Origin: an uncultured Actinomycetes bacterium | GTDB lineage: Bacteria > Actinomycetota > Thermoleophilia > Gaiellales > JAICJC01 | NCBI GenBank assembly: GCA_963809205.1 | Contig: CAWEIS010000004.1 | Location: forward strand, 87,001-151,000 | Length of the DNA stretch: 64,000 bases | Direction: 5' to 3' | In this document: positions 56,505 to 64,000 of the stretch, in pieces | Layout: every line of letters begins with the position of its first letter | Position numbering within the stretch: position 1 is the stretch's first letter | The notes under the pieces: generated by a model | Told to the model about the DNA's origin: nothing | Seen by the model: only the letters and a program-made list of their open reading frames with translations | The model's database searches: none | Translations under genes and position numbers: made by a program

Positions 56505-57872
56505 ATGCCCGTCGAACCATCCGCCAGCGCAACCTGGGATCAGATTGCCGCGCGCCTGCGCGAGATGCTGAATGCCGGGATCTACTCGACCTGGTTCGGT
56601 CAGGTGCAGCCGCTCGAGCAGGACGACGACCGGCTGGTCGTGGGGGTGCCCAACGCGTTCACCAAGGACTGGATCGAGGGTCACTTCGGCAGCCTGCTGG
56701 ACGCCGCGGCGTCGGAGCAGGAGATGGTCGTCGAGCTGCGCGTGGCGGTCTCGGAGGCGATGGCGGCTCGCGCCGCCGAGCCCGACGAGCCCGAGGAGGA
56801 CGCTCCTGCCGACGACCCCGACGGCCTGGACATCGCGACCCGCGCCGGCATCAACCCGCGCTACACGTTCGACGTGTTCGTGATCGGCGCGAGCAACCGC
56901 TTCGCCCACGCCGCAGCGCTCGCCGTGGCCGAGGCTCCGGCCCAGTCGTACAACCCGTTGTTCATCTACGGGAGCACGGGCCTGGGGAAAACTCATCTGC
57001 TCCAGGCTGTCGGACACTACGTCCTCCAGCAGCACCCGTCGCTCAACGTGCGATATGTGACGACCGAGACCGTGCTCAACGAATTCGTCGATTCCATGCG
57101 GGATGGGCGCATGGTCTCGTTCAAGCAGCGCTACCGCACATACGACGTCCTGATGATTGACGACATCCAGTTCATCGAGGGCAAGGAGCGACTGCAGGAA
57201 GAGTTTTTCCACACGTTCAACAGCCTGTACGAGGCCGGCAAGCAGATCGTGCTGTCGTCCGACCGACCTCCGCGCGAGCTCGCGACGCTCGAGGCGCGGC
57301 TCCGCTCGCGATTCGAGTGGGGGCTGATCACGGACGTCCAGCCACCCGACCTGGAGACGCGCATCGCGATCCTGCGCAAGCGGGTGATGACCGACGGCAT
57401 CCAGATCGCCGACCCGCAGGTGCTGACGTTCATCGCCGATCGCGTGTCGTCCAACATCCGCGAACTCGAGGGCGCGCTGACGCGCGTCGTCGCCTACGCG
57501 TCGCTGACCGGCCGGCCGATCTCGACCGACATCGCCCAGGAGGTGCTGCGGGACCTGTTCCCGCAGGGCGCGACTCGGTCGATCACCATCGAGCAGATCC
57601 AGTCGGCGACCGCCGAGACCTTCCATCTGACGGTCGCCGACCTGCGCAGCGACAAGCGCACCCAGACGATCGTCTTCCCCCGCCAGGTGGCCATGTACCT
57701 GGCCCGCGAGCTAACCGACAGCTCCCTGCCCAAGATCGGCGCGCGCTTCGGCGGACGCGACCACACGACCGTCCTGCACGCCGTCGGCAAGATCACGCGC
57801 CTGCTGAAGGAGGACCGTGAGGCCTTCAACCTGGTGCAGGAACTGACGACGCGGATCAAGCACGGGGCGTGA
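56505..57872 (+). CDS. dnaA: Chromosomal replication initiator protein DnaA
   Basis: Start taken at ATG 56505 (MPVEPSASATWDQIAARL), in frame with ORF 56463..57872. Walker A GSTGLGKTHLLQA, box VII/sensor motifs, and the C-terminal DNA-binding helix (GGRDHTTVLHA). Confidence 0.93.
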   Translation: MPVEPSASATWDQIAARLREMLNAGIYSTWFGQVQPLEQDDDRLVVGVPNAFTKDWIEGHFGSLLDAAASEQEMVVELRVAVSEAMAARAAEPDEPEEDAPADDPDGLDIATRAGINPRYTFDVFVIGASNRFAHAAALAVAEAPAQSYNPLFIYGSTGLGKTHLLQAVGHYVLQQHPSLNVRYVTTETVLNEFVDSMRDGRMVSFKQRYRTYDVLMIDDIQFIEGKERLQEEFFHTFNSLYEAGKQIVLSSDRPPRELATLEARLRSRFEWGLITDVQPPDLETRIAILRKRVMTDGIQIADPQVLTFIADRVSSNIRELEGALTRVVAYASLTGRPISTDIAQEVLRDLFPQGATRSITIEQIQSATAETFHLTVADLRSDKRTQTIVFPRQVAMYLARELTDSSLPKIGARFGGRDHTTVLHAVGKITRLLKEDREAFNLVQELTTRIKHGA

Positions 57873-57906
57873 ACAACCCTGCCGACGACCTGGGGACAAG
57901 CTCCCG

Positions 57907-58092
57907 TTCGTCCACGCTCCGTGCACCGCAGCCGGACCCTCTCAGTCGTCGGCCGGTGGACAGACCGCTCGCCGTCCCCAGATGTGTTACACGGCGAATT
58001 CGGCTTCTGCAACCGTCTCGCGACGGTTTTCCACGCTCTCCCCAGCCCCTACTCCTATAACCTCCCTTTTTAAAGAGAGAAGAGAAGCAGTG
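57907..58092. other. oriC candidate in the dnaA-dnaN intergenic region: DnaA boxes plus an AT-rich unwinding-element-like tract
   Basis: Boxes TTCGTCCAC (57907-57915), CTGTCCACC (rc of 57955-57963) and TTTTCCACG (58027-58035). The AT-rich tract CTATAACCTCCCTTTTTAAAGAGAGAAGAGAAG (58054-58086, purine-rich run continuing to about 58092) is the most AT-rich segment I saw in the window. Confidence 0.6.
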
Positions 58093-58133
58093 ACAGTGCA
58101 CAGTCAATCGCCGTTTTCCAGGAGCTCGCGCCG

Positions 58134-59237
58134 ATGAAGATCGTCTGCCCGCAGGATGAGCTGCTCGCGAAGCTGCAGATCGCAGCTCGCGGGGTGTCGC
58201 AGCGATCCACCGTCCAGATCCTCTCGGGGATCCTGATCGACGCCGGCGAGGCGGGGGTCGAGCTCGCCGCCACCGATATGGAGCTGTCGGTGCGGGTGCC
58301 GCTGCCGGCCGCCCGGGTCGAGGAGGCGGGACGCACCGTCGTCCCCGGCCGCCTGCTGGTCGAGATCGTCCGCGTGCTGCCGCCCGAAGACGTCGTCCTC
58401 GAACAGGCCGCCGGCGGCGGAGCGCTGCGCCTGACGTGCGGATCCAGCGAGTACACGCTGCACACCCAGAGCGCCGACGACTTCCCGCAGATCCCGCTCC
58501 CCGGCGGCGAGCGCTTCACCGTCGATCGCGCGGCGTTCGCCGAGACGGTCGCCCACGTCGGCCGCGCGGCTTCCAAGGACGAGTCGCGCCCAGTGCTGAC
58601 CGGGATCCTGGTCGAGTTCGGCGACGGCACGGTGACCATGGCGGCCACCGACAGCTACAGGTTGTCCGTCAAGACGGCGCCCCTGCCGGGAGCCTCCGGC
58701 ACGGCTCAGGCCATCGTGCCGGCGCGGGCGTTGTCCGAGGTGACGCGGATCGGGGCCGCGCTGGAGGGCGAGGGTCTGGAGGTCGCGATCGGTGAAAATC
58801 AGGTGCTGATGGGCGTGGACGGCGCCTGGGTGTCGGCCCGCCGCATCGATGGGCAGTTCCCGGACTACCGCCGGCTGCGGCCCGGCGAGTTCAACCACGA
58901 AGTCTCGATCTCCAAGGACGAGCTGCTCGACGTCATCCGGCGGACGGCGCTGATGGCCCAGCGCAACGCGCCGCTGCGCCTGACCTTTGCCGAGGGCTCC
59001 CTGACTCTGGCGGCGCAGTCGCAGGACATCGGCGAGGCCAAGGAGTCGCTCCCGGTCGACTTCCACGGCGAGACGATGGAGATCGGCTTCAACCCGGACT
59101 TTCTCCGCGATGGTGTGGACAGCGTCGAGGGCGAGAGCGTGCGCCTGCGGCTGATCAGCTCGCTGCGCCCCGGCCTGATCCAGGGCGACGGCGACGAGTT
59201 CTGGTACCTGATCATGCCGATCAGGCTCCCCTCCTAG
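58134..59237 (+). CDS. dnaN: DNA polymerase III beta sliding clamp
   Basis: 367 aa in three clamp domains. MKIVCPQDELLAKLQIAARGV...PVLTGILVEF...ATDSYRL...IDGQFPDYRRL...NPDFLRDG...YLIMPIRL. Confidence 0.93.
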   Translation: MKIVCPQDELLAKLQIAARGVSQRSTVQILSGILIDAGEAGVELAATDMELSVRVPLPAARVEEAGRTVVPGRLLVEIVRVLPPEDVVLEQAAGGGALRLTCGSSEYTLHTQSADDFPQIPLPGGERFTVDRAAFAETVAHVGRAASKDESRPVLTGILVEFGDGTVTMAATDSYRLSVKTAPLPGASGTAQAIVPARALSEVTRIGAALEGEGLEVAIGENQVLMGVDGAWVSARRIDGQFPDYRRLRPGEFNHEVSISKDELLDVIRRTALMAQRNAPLRLTFAEGSLTLAAQSQDIGEAKESLPVDFHGETMEIGFNPDFLRDGVDSVEGESVRLRLISSLRPGLIQGDGDEFWYLIMPIRLPS

Positions 59238-59245
59238 CGCCGCCG

Positions 59246-60324
59246 GTGCGCGCGGTTGCCGTCCGTGGCACCAACTTCCGCTGCTACTCGCGCCTGGAGC
59301 TGGAGCTCGACGCCGGCGTGGTGGCCGCCGTCGGCCCCAACGGCGCGGGTAAGACGGCGCTGGTGGAGATGATCCATTTCTCGGCGCTCGGCTACTCCCC
59401 GCGGACGAGCGCGGACCCGCAGCTGGTGACCCTGGGAGCCGACTTCCTGCGCACGGAGCTCGACGCCGATGTCGCCGCGGGCCGCACCTCCGTCGAGATC
59501 GGCTACCGCCCGGGCGAGCCCAAGCGAGTGGTCGTCGACGGTGCGGCCGAGCGGTCGGTCGAGCGGCTGCTGGGGCGGTTCCCGGTGCTGGTCTTCACCC
59601 CCGACCGGCTGCGCGTCGTCCAGGGGCCGCCGGCGCTCGGCGCTCCTATCTCGACCGGGTGCTGGCCCGGCTCTGGCCGCGGCTGGCCGAGGCGTCCCAC
59701 GAGTACTCGCGGCGGCTGTCCCAGCGCAACCACCTGCTGAAGCGGGTACGCGCGGGCGTCGCCGCGGAGGACGGTCTGGACGCCTGGGACACCGTCCTGG
59801 CCGAAGCCGGCGCGTCGCTGGTGGCCGCTCGGGCGCGGCTCTGCTCGCGGCTGGCGGGCCCGCTCGAGCGACGGCTGTCCGAGCTGGGTGGGACGCCGGG
59901 CGCGCCGGCGATCCGCTACCTGCCGAACGCCGAAGGGGACGCCGCCGAGCTCGGCCGGGTGCTCGCCGCGCGCCGCCGGCGTGACATCGACCGTGCCGCC
60001 ACCGGCGCAGGGCCGCATCTGGACGACCTGGCGCTGATCGACGCCGATCGCGACCTCCGCCACTACGGCTCCCAGGGGGAGCAGCGGCGGGCGCTGCTGG
60101 CGTTGATCCTGGCCGAGGCCGACCTGCTCGGCGAGGAGCGCAGCGAGGAGCCGCTGCTGCTGCTGGACGACGTGACCAGCGAGCTCGACCAGCAGCGCCG
60201 CGAGCGGCTGCTGGAGGCGGTCGCGAGCTTCCAGCAGACGGTGGTCACCACCGCGGACGAGGCCGACCTCGGCGGTCGTGCGCAGACCGTGCTGCGGGTC
60301 GCCGGCGGGCAGGTGACGCGGTGA
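59246..60324 (+). CDS. recF: DNA replication/repair protein RecF, interrupted by a -1 frameshift as assembled
   Basis: GTG 59246. NFRCY...VGPNGAGKTALVEMI (Walker A) ...LVFTPDRLRVVQGPPAL, then (R)RSYLDRVLARLWPRLAEASHEY...GSQGEQRRALLALILAE...LLLLDDVTSELD continues in ORF 59659..60324. Break near 59634-59642. Span is 1079 nt = 3n+2. Confidence 0.88.
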
Positions 60325-60765
60325 GCGAGCTGCGACCGATCGCGGACATCGTGCGCCGGGTGGGCAGGGTGCCGGCCGTCGACCCGGTGGTCGCCCGCTC
60401 GCGGGAGATCTGGGCGGACGCGGTGGGCGCGCAGGTCGCGGCGAAGTCGGTGCCGGTGCGGATGTCCGGCGAGGCGATGGTGGTGGCCTGCTCGAGCAGC
60501 ACGTGGGCGGCAGAGCTGGCGATGCTCGAGTCGCAGCTTCGCGGGCGGCTGTCCGAGCTGCTCGCCGAACCCGCCCCGTCCCTGCGGTTCGAGGTCGGGG
60601 CCGTGATCCGCGAGGAGCCGCCGGCCGCCGCCAGCGGAGCCGCTGCGGCCGGCCACGCAGGCCGACGAGCGGCGCGCGGACGAACTGGCGGCGGGCGTTT
60701 CGGACGAGGCGCTGCGGGGACGCATCAGGGAGGCGATTCTGCTCAGCCTGCGGCGCGGTTCGTGA
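60321..60765 (+). CDS. DUF721 protein (DciA-type helicase-operator candidate, recF-gyrB position), interrupted by a +1 frameshift as assembled
   Basis: GTG 60321 overlaps the recF stop. ...SREIWADAVGAQVAAKSVPVRMSGEAMVVACSSSTWAAELAMLESQLRGRLSELL is the DUF721 pattern. After about 60645-60653 the next frame gives a plausible helical tail ATQADERRADELAAGVSDEALRGRIREAILLSLRRGS* ending at 60765. Span is 445 nt = 3n+1. Confidence 0.7.
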
Positions 60766-60858
60766 CAGATTCTCGACGCCGGGATCGGGGGGCTCCGGCG
60801 GGTCGCTCTGGTAAACTACCTATGTCCCGTTTTTCCCCTATTCACGCGGGTTTTCGCA

Positions 60859-63251
<2,393 letters not shown>

Positions 63252-63267
63252 GTGCTGGAGAACGCTG

Positions 63268-64000
<733 letters not shown>

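Overview
High-GC (roughly 70% by eye) actinobacterial-type chromosome segment. It is mostly core genome and ends in the replication-origin neighbourhood. Left to right: (1) partial large NAD-glutamate dehydrogenase; (2) pstS-pstC-pstA-pstB-pstB-phoU phosphate uptake operon; (3) a small arsenic cluster (arsR-arsN1-MIP channel-arsC) with a truncated cadI/arsI remnant, followed by EamA and CDF-like transporters; (4) a secreted Kelch-repeat protein; (5) the actinobacterial pentose-phosphate operon tkt-tal-zwf-opcA-pgl(-like); (6) ROK glucokinase, an ABM-domain gene, class I aldolase fbaB, a DUF2090 protein and glycerate kinase; (7) modABC plus mop; (8) an acyl/acetyl-CoA synthetase, TauE, fabI and assorted enzymes; (9) a YCII + ECF42-type sigma module; (10) nucS; (11) a SigH/RsrA-like sigma/anti-sigma pair; (12) nadB-nadC-nadA fused to mqnB-mqnD; (13) tRNA-Ile; (14) parB-parA-rsmG-jag-yidC-yidD-rnpA-rpmH | dnaA-dnaN-recF-dciA(DUF721)-gyrB-gyrA. 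I found no CRISPR array, transposase, integrase, phage or recognisable defence system, and no convincing novel multi-gene system. The most consequential observation is technical. At least 16 single-base indels split 14 otherwise well-conserved genes, among them gyrB, recF, parA, tkt and tal, which points to consensus errors rather than biology. Other items worth a second look:
- a diverged 129-bp tandem duplication inside the ABM gene
- the arsenic cluster architecture and cadI remnant
- DnaA-box clusters on both sides of dnaA
- a perfect SigR/SigH-type promoter
- an ECF42-type promoter
- a degenerate short Pgl
- an odd modB/modC junction
All calls rest on reading the ORF-track proteins and my own hand translation. 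No database search was run.
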